From Camelus ferus (taxonomy: Eukaryota), in NCBI RefSeq assembly GCF_009834535.1, contig NC_045697.1, forward strand, positions 45,200,001-45,264,000: 64,000 nucleotides of DNA. Reading direction: 5' to 3'. Both the position numbers and the translations under genes were made by a program. This document shows, piece after piece, positions 10,587 to 22,550 of this stretch. Positions within the stretch are counted from its first letter, which is position 1. Each line of letters begins with the position of its first letter. The notes beneath the pieces were generated by a model. That model saw nothing but the letters and a program-made list of their open reading frames with translations. It had not been told where the DNA came from and searched no databases.

Positions 10587-11320
10587 CACACGAGATGCTG
10601 CTGCTGCTGCTGCTGCCGCCGCCGCCACCGCTGCTGTACCACGCAGATCATCGAGGGGCTGGCCTTTGTTTTCCGGGCACCCAAAGCTACAAAAAAATCA
10701 TGACATCCCCGTGAGCAGGCTCCCTCAAGAGCAGATGGGGTCCTGATTCCCCACAGCTGACAGACTGACTCAGATTTTGTGAGACTGAAATGTTCACTGA
10801 AGACACTGGAGAAAGAATCCTCTAGAGATCCCAGCTCTGCAATGACTCATCTCCTGGAATTTCCATGTGAATCACAGCTCTGCACCTGGATGGAACTTTC
10901 TTTTGTGTGTGTGTGGGTTTTTGTTTTTCTTTTTTAATTTGGTTCAACATTTGCTGCTAATGGGACTTGCCCAGCTGAGTGCTGGCTCTTAGGAAGCCCA
11001 TGTTTCTTTGTTAACTTAAAAGAAAAGGGGAGAGGAAGGAGGGGAAGAAAACCCTCTATTTAGATCCCAAACTTCAGCTCAGTGGTGTTGCCGAGAGGGG
11101 TAAGCTGGCTGAATGCCGACGGCAGACTTTGTCTCCCTGAGTTGGACCTGGGTTGTAAATGCCTCTCCTCCCTGTTCCTACGAGGTTTTGAGTTGGCTGC
11201 TGGTTAGCAAACTCCTTTTTACCCATATAAGTTATTTAATATAATAATGAAGCTCAACACTGTGGTAGGAGAATAGCCACTAGGAAAAAAAAAAGCAGAG
11301 TTTGTCATTGGACTGCATAA
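10587..11320 (+). other. RASGEF1B: RASGEF1B 3' UTR (3' boundary uncertain)
   Basis: Free of recognisable interspersed repeats after the stop codon. Contains an ARE nonamer TTATTTAAT (11232-11240), miRNA seed matches and U-rich tracts. No AATAAA is seen, so the end is inferred. Confidence 0.6.
10598..10636 (+). repeat. Trinucleotide repeat (CTG)6(CCG)3CCACCG(CTG)2
   Basis: Read directly; starts 11 nt after the stop codon. Confidence 0.95.
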
Positions 11321-12304
11321 CGTTCTTGAAGGACCCTCTGTTTTCTCTGCCTTTCTGAGCTGTTGACAACTCACCACTGTGTTCTACAGATGGATTTTTC
11401 GGTAGTTTTTTTGTTACTTAGTTTTCCATGATGCCTATTTGTTTTTCCTCTTGTACATTTAAATTATCTGACTTTAAGGGAAAAAAACCCATGGCCTAAT
11501 TACAGTTTGTTTTTTTTTTTTGGCAGACGGTTATTTTTTATTACCTTTTGGAGTCTGTTGGTGACTAAACGTGTGAACAAAGAACACGTTGGAAAAGTTA
11601 CCCCCAACCTCCCTCCCAACTAGAGCAGTGAACAAAACAAATGAAAAACATCTTGCTGTGAACTCAGAGGTCAATCTAATTGTGAAATAGTTCACCTTGT
11701 TAAACATCTAAGTAAGTCTGTGGTTGCTCTTCAAACAGCCATTATATTTATTTACTCTAGGAGAAACTGTAGAGTAGTAAACTGTGCTAATGAAAAAAAA
11801 AAGACATCATGTTCAAAACAGAGATGTATTTGAAACCTTAATGACATGATTTCAAAAAACAGAGCATGTCTGTATGCTGCACGCCACCTCAGCAGACCTA
11901 AAGTGTCTCCGAGTTGTCCCTTTCCAACGAGCAATATATTTGACACTCTGCGGCCAGGAGTTGTGGTGTCTTTCTTTTCTTTAATGGTCAGGATTGGTCA
12001 GGGGTGAGGGAGGGGGCAGGGGGCTGTAGTCTGCATCGCTCAACTCAAATGACTGGCGAAAAACGTGTCTGTCCTTGCCTAGGCACTGACTTCCTGAAAA
12101 TCAATCGTAGCAAGCATTTGATAAGCATCACTTGCCAGGCACTTCTAAGTATGGCTCATCACCCCTACTTTTTCAGTATGGATTCAGGCATATTCATAAT
12201 AATGGTGACTTGTCTAAGGCCATGTAGCTAATGAGAGACACAAAGATTTGAGCTAGACCTCCTAAACCCAGAGCCCAGGCTTTAGATCACAACACCAAGC
12301 CGTC

Positions 12305-12440
12305 TCAGACTTCAAGATAACCTTCAAACCTGCAGGGACTCTGGGGATCGTGTTGCTGTGCAGATGTGGATTCTGTGGGTCTGGGGTGGGGTCTGGGCAA
12401 TGCTGATGCTGCTGGTCCTGGCATCCGCAGAGTAGCAGAA
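12305..12440. mobile_element. MER5-like hAT fossil
   Basis: GCAGATGTGGATTCTGTGGGTCTGGGGTGGGG…TGCTGATGCTGCTGGTCC resembles MER5A/B. Confidence 0.6.
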
Positions 12441-12554
12441 CGCCCTGCAGTCCTGCCTCCTCGCCCCTGCACTGCCTTTCCCTGAACTCTGCACCCTGCA
12501 TGTGTTGCCATGACAGCAGCAACATTCATCTTTCTTTCAACCGTCTATGTCGTC

Positions 12555-12851
12555 GGGGGTCTGCAAACCGTGGGCTGCCAGCCGAATCTGCTCATTTCGC
12601 TTGGCTCACAAGGTGACAATGGTTGAAAAAAGATCAAAAGAAGAATAATATTTCTTGAGAGGTGAAAATTGTATGAAATGCAAACTTCCATGTCCATAAA
12701 TGAAGTTACTGGCGCACAGACACACTCATCGCCTCACACACTTTGTCGTGACTGCTTTCTGCTACAGTCTTGTAGTTGTGACAGAGAGTGGAGGACACAC
12801 AAAGCCTCAGATATTTACTCTTTGCCCTTTACAGAAAGTTTGCTGACCCTG
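12555..12851 (-). mobile_element. MER58B-like hAT-Charlie fossil
   Basis: Reverse-oriented homologue of 3018-3360; ends CCTTTACAGAAAGTTTGCTGACCCTG. Confidence 0.75.
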
Positions 12852-15261
12852 ATCTCTGGGTGGTTGTTTTGCGCACGACAGTGAGTTTGCAAAAATGCTA
12901 TAAAGTTTCTAATGTGGTAGATACATCAAGGTGAAACTCCTGAAAAATTTTTCCTCAAGTGATATTACACTTAAAAAATGGGATTCTAAGGCTATTCAAA
13001 CACAAAGTTTCCAGAGAACAAGTTCCTGTTCTCATACACACCTCTTGTTTTAATGTCCAGATACGCCAGAGGTTTACACCGTGTGCTCACTCACCTGGAA
13101 ATCGTTCACCGTCTCCCTCTCGGTGCCGTCCGTGTGTGGGTGCAGCACATTTGTCACTGCCGTGGCCAGATGGGAGCGTGGGTGAGCACAAGCGTGAACT
13201 GCACCGGGCCATGTCGGCCCGCGTGTAGGTGTGGATTCAGGAGGTGATCTGTCGGGGCACGCCGTGAATTCCTCCCTCAGCAGCAGGCTTTGAGCAGGGG
13301 CCTGGAGGGAGCCTGCCATCAAGCTGGGCTTGCTAGGGAAGGAAGCGAGCCCCTTTCACAATCTGAAGTGCCCCTTGTTTCTAAGAACACAGGCCCGGGT
13401 TCCCCAGGGGTGGCTGGCCTTTTATCTCACAAAGAGCATCATCAGTAGAGGGTTGTCCTGCCTTTGTCTTTGAGGGTTTCCAGCTTTCCCTCTCCACTCG
13501 ACCTGGCTCTAGCACTGTGCCCCTCCCTCACCCCTTCCTCACCCCTCTCATACCCCAGCACGTTTACTCCTTTCTGTACTTCCTTTTCCCAACTGCCCAC
13601 CTGCCTCCTGCGCTTAGAATCCCGAGAAAGCACAGCGCAGGGTTGGAAGCGGAGTTGCTAAACTACGTAGGAACGTTGGGCTGTAGATGATTGACATTCT
13701 CTCCCTTCTGCCTGGGTGCACTGTTTACCCTGTGGGCTGTCTGCACAAAAGACTCTGCCTCTGTTCCAAACGTGTCTTCCTGTTGTGCTGGAGAGTGCAC
13801 AGAGTGCACAACTGGGGATGGAAAAGAGGGCTAGGCTCATTCTCCTTGGAGCTGAAGGTTCAAAGGAATTCCTGAATTCGCTTCCTGGGGAAAAAAATGT
13901 GCTTAGTGACTTGGAAACTAACTAAACATAAAACTCGAAGATATTCTGATGGTGACTCTATTAGCTTTACTCTTAAGACATTTTTAAAACGAAAAACTTT
14001 GGTCAGACTTGGGCTTCTAGAGTTTTAATAGAAGGGGGGGGGGGGCGGCACTTCCTGGTTAAATCAAGCCAAAATATTTTTTCTGGGTTTGAATGATTAG
14101 GTAATTGCCTCAGTTCTCTGCTTCATGTAATCAAGGTCACTTTACTCAATGCTAACAGAAGAGATGTTGGGGTCTGAGGTTTATGTATTCAAACTTTGCA
14201 GGTTAGGAAATTTCATTCAAAACTAGCAAGTAAGGCTGGCTCCATGCAAAATAGACCCTAAATCAAAATAAGCCTTAATTCTGTACTATCAACTCCTCTT
14301 AAAGGATGCTTTATTCTTTCCTATCCTTTCCTTTCCTTTCCTTTTCTTTTCTTTTGTTTTCTTTTCTTTAATTTAATGCAATGAGGAAACTCCTAGGTAG
14401 CCGATTCCCACTTCAGAGCTAGCAGGCTTCAGCAGGCTTAAATCCCACTCCACCAGCCTGAAACCCAACTTCCTTTCTCTACAGTGTGAGCTGATAAGAG
14501 ATGAAACATGCCAGTGTGTGTACTCACCTTTGGACAGCAAGAGGCAACTGTCTTCCAATATTGTTAACAGCATACTTCAGTTCAAATGTGCACATAGTCC
14601 AACGTTTTAGGACTTATAGTTAATGGTTTATGGAACATGATTTGGAGAATTAAAAAGAAGGGAACCAATATTTCTTGGAATAAGCAGGGAAATTATGTTT
14701 TCCCTGAAGAGTGCCCAATCAGTGGGTTTTAAAAAGTTTGCATTCTTTCCCTCTTTCCACCTATGCTGCTTGGAGAAAATGAAAGCATGAAATCATGTTT
14801 CTCTGGATGAATCACTGTGGGAAAGTAAGTTCAGCAGAGTGTGTTGTCAACTTGGTTGAGACCTGGCAGTTGGAGGATGGTGGGCTTTGTTCAATTTTTT
14901 TGCAACGCGATTATGGAATCGCATAAGTGCAGGGGAGCCGCATGGGGAGTTAACGTGCTCAGTTCAGATGTGTTGGATCCACGAGCGAGCCAGGTGTCAG
15001 TCTGGGTATTGCAGGGTCACAGGTTTTTACTATATTGGGGTTAAATAAATCTCAAATATCCCCCTATGATACCTGGACTTTGGAATTGAGTATAAATTTA
15101 AGTGATTCTGATCCATTTTCATGGGTGGTACTATCCCCAGAGATCAGCAAAGGACATCCAAAGTGCTAAGCGCTTTGTTTTTATTATGATTATGAATTAG
15201 ATTATCACTCCTCTGCGTTTAGTGGTACACAGGTGATAATCATGGCAAGAAATCCGTCTTT

Positions 15262-15470
15262 AATACTGACTGGTATATATAAAATAGATCAACAAGTTTA
15301 TGCTGTGCAGCACAGGGAAACATTCAATATCTTGTAGTAGCTCACGGTGAAAATGAATATATGTATATTCATATATGACTGAAGAATTGTGCTGTACACC
15401 AGAAATTGACACATTATAAACTGACTATAACTCAATTTAAAAAAATGTGATAAGTAAAAAAAAAAAATCC
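15262..15470 (+). mobile_element. 5'-truncated L1 3' end
   Basis: ATAAAATAGATCAACAAG…GCACAGGGAAAC…GCTGTACACCAGAAATTGACAC… plus an A tail. Confidence 0.85.
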
Positions 15471-16724
15471 ATTTAAAAATAATATGAAAATCCATCATTA
15501 AAAGAAAAACTGGGACCAATATCATTTAGGGTCATGGGATAAGTTTGATAAACTCTGTGAGGGCATTAGGTGAGGAATATGAGAATGATGGGCTAAATTT
15601 CACTCTCCTCAGATTTGGGGGGCTTTGGGGGAGTCTTCCCCACCTTTCTGACTTCAGTGTCCTCATCTGTAAGTAATGGGTCTAGACCAGTTGACATGCA
15701 ACGGCCATTCTGATCTGCGGGTCTGTGGTTTGGCAAAGCACTTTCTTAGCTTTCTGGACCAAAAGGTGAATCAGTGAGTAGATACAGCATCCTGCATTTG
15801 TGCCTCCAAACTTCCCCAAACTTCCCCTCTTCCTGCTGGACTCTTTTGTGTTTTGTTTGCTGTGTTTGAAGAGGGAAGGGATAAGAGGCTAACTGCTACC
15901 TGACTGGAGACAAAGAAGAGATAAAGGCCCAGCTACCCCATCCAATCCTGTTCACCATACAACAGGACAGAGTTCCTTATGGTAAGGAGTGACTGCTACC
16001 CAGATTGGAAACCAGAAAACGCCCTACGTACAAGGTCAGTTATACGATTTCAAAGGTGCTAGAATAAGAAAGCACAGCTTCTAGAGACTACGAAAAGACT
16101 TTGTTGTGTAGACTTTGTTGTGCAGACAACATCTTTGCTGCGGCAGCTGTTGGAATCGTGCTGGTTTATGCAGATAAAATCACAGAGAAAGTGACTATTC
16201 ACACCTAGTCATTTACAAATGAGTCACTCTTTGGCTTAGACCAGGCTCAGACGAGTGATGATCAGAGCCCACTTCTGCATTTTGTCAACTTTCATTTCTT
16301 GAAAATGATTAGGAACCGCCTCTGAAGACCGTCCAGACAGTGGTAAACTGCTGAATTTGCCACACTTTGTACAGGAAGTCCCACACAGAAGGAGACCAGC
16401 AAGGACGCAGACCAGTCCCGTGAGGATGGGTACCTTCTCTCTCTGAACTACAAGTGCTCCCTGAATCCTAGTCCAAGAAGACCTCTGCGAAATAGAGAAG
16501 GTCAAAGGAAGAAAAAGACAAACAGCTCAGAAGAGGGGGAAAACTCTGAAGGGATATGTAAATAGCAGAGCTTTGGCAAGTGGGAGGGTTTAAAGAGGAG
16601 GTGTGACATTCGAGGTGTCTGAGCTTCTGAAATACTCAAACATTCAAGATCTAATAAGAAAAGAACGAAGCAAGGAAATCTGTTCTCTTGGAAAACTACA
16701 AACTATGAGCTACTGAAACGGGTA

Positions 16725-17281
16725 TGAAATGGAGCAGGACCCTGTGGGATCCTCACAGGTGCAAATCCTTCCCGTGTCCCTCACTTCTTGTTTGCAGGAA
16801 ATAGGCTTCACAGTCTCCTCGACCTTCCGTGAGCTCCAAAGGGCAGATTCAAACAGTTGCTAATCAGAGAAGGGAGGGAATGCAGAAACAAGGACGGCAC
16901 AGTCAAGAAACAATAGTGCAGCCCTGGGGCAGGGTCTTGGTTCCTCCTCAAAGAATATACATAACAATATCTTTGAGTTCTTCTGCGGGAACTAAGGCCC
17001 CCACCCAGGTGGAGGATGGTAACTTCAGACCGAAGCAGGAGATTCCTGGAACCTCACCATCAACCAATGAGTAGAAAGTCACACACCCTGCAGCCCTCAC
17101 CCCAAAATTCGCCTAAAGAAACTATTCCCTGAAAACTATCAGAGAGTTCGGGTCTTTCAAGCACAAGCCACTCGTTCTCCTTGCTTGGCCCTGCAACAAA
17201 CCTTTCTTTGCTCCAAACTCCAACGTTTCAGTTTGTTTGGCCTCATGGTGTGTCAAGCACACAAATTTTTGTTTGGTAACA
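16725..17281 (+). mobile_element. Solo ERV1-class LTR (557 bp)
   Basis: TG…CA termini (TGAAAT…GGTAACA), perfect 4-bp TSD GGTA (16721-16724 / 17282-17285), degenerate poly(A) signal AACAAA near 17195. Confidence 0.88.
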
Positions 17282-18611
17282 GGTATTAGGTAAATGAATA
17301 GAACTAGATATCTATGAAGATTATTTTCAATTACAGTAATTTACTGAACTGACTCCAAAAAATAAAGCTTATAAAATTCTGGAAACTAGGCATCACGCAC
17401 CCTTCTCCACCTACTCAAAACTGATCAAGGCCTTTGTGCAGAGCAAAGAAGAGCTGGCCGGAGGGCTTGCTTTCTCAGCCAGGTCAGACCAGGACACGAA
17501 ATAAGGCCAACCCATGGGGTTCCTAAGTGCCCCTTTCAAAAGGCTCAAAAATTGTTTAATACTTTTTTTCTTTCAGAGTATGCTCTTGGCTTACAGATAA
17601 ATCCAGCCCTGCTGTGATGGCCAGGCACAATGGAATAGATGGAAACCTCTGGCTCTGCTCTTCAGTTTCGTAAGAATATTATAAGATATTCTTATAAATA
17701 GAACTTCCTATGTTCAGAGAGTCCAGAGCATGGTGCACACTGCTCTGTGGTTTATCTCGAGTTATTTTCTGCAGCCTGTACTCTCAACATGGAATGAGCC
17801 TGAAGGCAGTTTTTCTCCACCTCTAGCCCCAGGTGGAGGCTGTTGGGCCTTTAATTCTCAGACTGTTTTTTTCCCAGTGGAACCATCAGTTCTGCGGTGA
17901 TGAAGGAGGGGTTGTTTTGAGACTGTGAAGACTGGCTGCTTCTTTCAGCACAATTACCAGGTGCTGTTGAGTCTACAGAGTCTCTTTGCTTTCACAGAGC
18001 CCAGTCACTTATCCTTGCTTGGAAGGGGCCTGTTCCCCGGGAGGTTAGTCACACGCCCTAGAGGAGAGGGGATGAATGCGGGAAACAGCCTTGTCAATCA
18101 CAGACACACTTTCTCCAGTATGGCTGGTTCTGTCCCAGCTCCCACCCCACCTCCTTAACACACTCTGCGCCCTGGAGTTTCCCCTCACTCCTGCCTCCAA
18201 AAGACGTGCATTTCTTCAGGGTCTACTGATCTTAGCCAGCAATTTGAAGGTTTAAATTTGTCAGTCTAACTTATACTATTGTGTGATTGACTGAGAATCA
18301 TTTCATGTTGGCTTCCTAGCTGGTGGAGTTTTACGGCATAGAGTACAATTTTAAAATTTAGGCAGTGAGGGGGAAAATGTGGACAAGAGGACCTTATAGA
18401 GCTGTAAAATAGAAGAGCTTTAAAGGTTTTGCCAAATGATTGATTCATTGAGCCATCAGGCTGGTTAGTGAGAGGCCTGGGACCAGAAGTACAGTCTAGG
18501 ACCGTCCCTGGCACTAGATGGGTTCACTGCAGAGCAGACCGGCTTGCCTGGGACTGCCCAGGTTCATGTCCTCAGCAACTCATGGCGTTTTCAGCTGTTT
18601 CAGCGCTTTTG

Positions 18612-18845
18612 TTTTTTGGTTTTGGTTTTGTTCTATATATATATATATATTTTTTTTTTAATTGAAGTATAGTTGATTTACAATGTTGCATTAGTTTCTG
18701 GTATACAGCATAGTGATTCAGGAATATATATTTCTTTTCCTATTCTTTTCCATTAGAGGCTTTTACAAGATATTGAGCATAGTTCCCTGTGCTATGCAGT
18801 AAGACCTTGTTGTTTAACTATTTCATGTATAGAAGTGTGTATCTA
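18612..18845 (-). mobile_element. 5'-truncated L1 3' end
   Basis: T tail then AATTGAAGTATAGTTGATTTACAATGTTG…TTCCCTGTGCTATGCAGTAAG. Degenerate TSD ctgtttcagcgcttttg / ctatttcagaacttttg. Confidence 0.85.
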
Positions 18846-19925
18846 TTTCAGAACTTTTGAATTCACAGATTCTCTACTTGTCAAGAAAAAAATGAAAAAA
18901 GATCTCATTTAAGACTTACTGAGTCTGCTACACACTGTGCTGAATGCGGAGATACCGAGGTGAGGCTGAGACCCAGCACCTGCGCAGAAGGAGCTCACCT
19001 TCCCCTGAGGAGACCGCCTGGTGGTGCAACAGATGCTGGGCGGCATGCCCCCTTGGTGCCCCCAGACATCCTCTATTCTTAGCTAATTGGCTTGGGAGAT
19101 CAGAGAGCTTTTCGTGGTGGTTGCAAATCTGAGATTTTATGAATGTTTGCCTGGGGATTTCCTACTGCTTGTGTGTACAGGGCCGGGCAGCCACGTGCGC
19201 ATGCGTCATTTTGTCCTGTGCTGGAGGAGAAGGTGGAGGACTGGGGACTGAAATCCAGGCCCAAGCTGTACATGAAGCCTGCATCAAGGCAGCTTGCACC
19301 CGGAGGAAGGGTGCTTTATTGTAATTCATCCTCCTTGAGGGGTTATCTCTTCCTGCTTGGCAAAGAGGCTCCTGATATGCTGGCAGAAGCCTTGCAAAAG
19401 AGCACAAAGTGGTCCACTCAGAGAACCACCTAGCCTTCATTATGGCTGAGTTAGGGTTTAAGCCGAGTCTTGAGAGGTCGTCAGGATCCAGAGGGAGAAA
19501 AGATTGGAGATCTGTGCTGAGAAATTGTACTTCATCCTAGAAGTCTGTGTGGAGCCCCTGGAGGACTTTCAGCAGTGGGGGGACAAGGTCAGACAGAGGT
19601 GCAGTTTAGCAAGGAAACACTGGCTGCTAAGCAGAAGATGAAATGGTGTTGAGGGGAGGGGTGGGGGAGGATGGGGAGATGAGACGGCGGGGATGAGGGT
19701 TGGGGGGCACCTTAAGAATAACTTAGAGGGACTGGGTGGAAGATTCTTGTCTTAGGTCAGACAATTAGTTAGGAGGGTCTCAGCCAAGACCGGAGGATAG
19801 AAAGGAGGAAGGAGATTCCTAAAATGTTAAGAAGGCAGAGATGAGAGCCCTGGGGAAAGACGAATGACAGTGTGGGCGCCCTTGAGGACGGAGAGGAGCT
19901 GAGGCTGGGGGGCAGCAGCTGTCTG

Positions 19926-20386
19926 TGTCATGGGCTGAACTGTGTCCCCCAAAAAGATGTCTTGGAGTCCTGGTCCCTAGGTTAGTAGCTGCATGCTAGT
20001 CCTGGCCCCAGGACCTCAGAACGTCACCCTGTTTGGAGAGAGGCTCTTTTCAGAGGTAACCAAGTTAAAGTGAGGTTATTAGTGTCGGTCCTAAAACAAT
20101 ATGACTGGGTGTCTTTAAAAAGGGGGAAATGCAGACACAGAGACAGACATGGACACAGGAGAAGGCCACATGGAGATGGAGTTAATGCTGCCACAACCCA
20201 AAGAACTAGCAGGAGTTAGGAGAGAAGCAGGGAGCAGGTCCTTCCTGAGCATCTTTAGAGGGATCAGAGCCATGGGGATGGCTGCATCTCAGACTTCTGG
20301 CCTCCGGGCCTCGTAGGTAATACATTTCTGTCGTTTAAGCCACTCTGTTTGTGGTACTTTGTTACAGCAGTCCTAGAAAATTAACA
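19926..20386 (+). mobile_element. Solo MaLR LTR, MLT1B/C-like
   Basis: TGTCATGGGCTGAACTGTGTCCCCC…GTGGTACTTTGTTACAGCAGTCCTAGAAAATTAACA with perfect 5-bp TSD GTCTG (19921-19925 / 20387-20391). Confidence 0.88.
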
Positions 20387-21290
20387 GTCTGCCTCTTTAT
20401 GATTCAATTATGTATTAGTTGGAGTCTAGTAAAGAGGAAGCTTATAAAGGGATTAGGTAATGCTTCCTACACTTTACCTTGAACTGCAGAACAACAATCA
20501 TTCTGCTTTATTAACAAACGTCCTTTCAAGTTTCCATACTTTATTACCTTCAGTTGTATCCACCTAAATCAATGTAAGACGAATAGGGAACTTGAACTGT
20601 TCACACATGTCAGTGAATGCTACTAAATACATATCATGGAAATTGGTGAGACCCAGTCCCGAGGTCTAACCATGGTGGGCCAATGGTAGAGTCAGAAAGG
20701 ACTCTGGAGAAAGTAATACATCTCTCATTTAACAGATGCATACCCCAAAGTCCATAGGATTTATGTGACCTTGGGCTAGCAATCTAACAAAATGGTGACA
20801 AAATTTTTTAATATCATTTTTATTAAGGACAGTGTATTAATGTCTTAGGGCTAGAAGTTAAGTGTTCATCTCTTGACCTGCAGTCGGTTCTTTCACCTTA
20901 TACTCCAGGTTCAATGCTGAATTTCTCTTTGAACTGAACTGGTCTGAGGCCACCCTTGGTTTTTGAATGCAGGGGTCAAAAGTCAAATGATCCAAAACTC
21001 TCTAGTTTGCAGTAATTCAGAAAAGAGACATAATAAAGATAAAAAGAACTGTATAGGAGAGCAAACACTAAGTAAATTTAAAGAAAAAAAAATTTCATTT
21101 TGAATCTGTCTCACTGGCTACTTCTCAGGCTCCTTTCCTGCTGCCTTTCAATCTCAAAACATTGAATCACCCCAGGGATCTGGGACGCCTTTATTTCCAT
21201 TCACTGCAGAGGTGACTTCTTTCAGTCCTGTTGCTTGAAAATCCTCTCCTACACCGTGACTTTCCCATTTGCAGCTGTAGGCCTTCTTCT

Positions 21291-21456
21291 CAGAGGTGGA
21301 TTTACCTCAAAGCTTCACCTTTAGGACCACTCACTAGAACAGTCTCTTCTAAGACCTGTACCTAATTTTGTATTGAGTCTTGAATTCTTTATCTCAAAGA
21401 AGCTCCCCCTAAAATTATATAAATGTTGGCTCCCACAAGCCTTGATCCACCCCCTG
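21291..21456 (-). mobile_element. MER53-like hAT fossil
   Basis: TIR-like ends CAGAGGTGGAT…ATCCACCCCCTG and internal CCTGTACCTAATTTTGTATT. Confidence 0.7.
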
Positions 21457-21551
21457 CTGACTCCTGGACCTCAGGCTTGTACACTCCACCTCCACTTGGA
21501 GGGCCATGTCCAAAAACCAAAACCAAAAAAACTCCTGATTTTCTCATCAGA

Positions 21552-21939
21552 AGTAGTCACTGGTGCTAGTCACCAAATATTTCCACCTCTCAGATTCCCA
21601 GGCACGTGGAAGGTTTGCATTTCTCATCATCTTCTTTGAAGTTAGGCAGAGCTCTGTGATGTCTTTGATAAAATGTGAAGGGAAGTGACTTCACTTCCCA
21701 GCAGGAGCTTTAGAAGCCAGAGTACAATTCACTCTGCTCCTTTCTGACTGCTGTGGTGATGGAGGAAGAGGGTCAGGATGAAGCCTCAGGCCCCTGGGAA
21801 CCCCTGGGTACTCTGAGCAGAGCTCCCTATCAACTGGCAAGAGATGTGCACTATGAGTGGGGGACAGATTTTTGTGGGTGAATCCAGTGAAACTTGGGGG
21901 TATGTTTGTTACTGCAGCATAACCTGACTGACTAATACA
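21552..21939 (+). mobile_element. Old MaLR LTR (MLT1H/I/J-like)
   Basis: Ends TGTTTGTTACTGCAGCATAACCTGACTGACTAATACA, a typical MLT1 3' terminus. Confidence 0.75.
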
Positions 21940-22550
21940 ATCCCCAAATCTGGACCTCTTCTCATCTTTCCCCCTCAGTAAACTCCCATTCAGTCTTCTG
22001 GGTTGCTCAGGTCAAATCACTTGGCCTCATCCTTGATCCCCCTTTCTTTCACTGCACATCAATAGTCCTGTAGATGGCACTGCCAAATACATCTAGAAAC
22101 TGACTACTCTCACTCACCACTTCCACCACATCTGCCATGCCAAGACACCATCATGTTTTGCTGGATTATTGCAGCAGTCCCAGTCTCTTGCCTTCCTATG
22201 GCCTCAATGCCACACACCAGCGAGGGTGGTGGTTTAGAACACAAGTCCCTATGCCACCCACACCATTATTCACTTTCCTATCATGATTTCACATTGCACT
22301 CAAAGTGAAATCTAAGGTCCTGTAAGATGTAACCCTGCTGTTTTTCCAGCCTCCTCTCCCACCCCCCTCCCCCTTGTCACTCAGATCCATTCTCACTCTC
22401 CTTATCAGTCTTCACACACACCAAACTTGTCCTAACCATTCCCTTGGCCTGGAGCACTCTTCCCCAGACAGCCCCATAGCTCATTCCCGCCTGTTTGTCA
22501 GCTCTGCTCAGAAGTCTCCTTCTCAGTGAGCCTTCTGACTAATCCTCCTT

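Larger units (their letters stand above)
21110..22550 (+). mobile_element. Fragmented L2 LINE interrupted by younger insertions
   Basis: Pyrimidine-rich L2-like motifs (CATCCTTGATCCCCCTTTCTTTCAC, CTGGATTATTGCAGCAGTC, CCTTGGCCTGGAGCACTCTTCCCC). Confidence 0.65.

Noticed and set aside
10478..10714. ORF with poly-Leu/poly-Pro overlapping the last exon
   Set aside because: Different frame from the RASGEF1B CDS, starts in the intron, and is kept open by the CTG/CCG repeat.
17671..17694. 9-bp AT-rich hairpin TAAGAATAT/ATATTCTTA
   Set aside because: Short and AT-rich; expected by chance in 64 kb.
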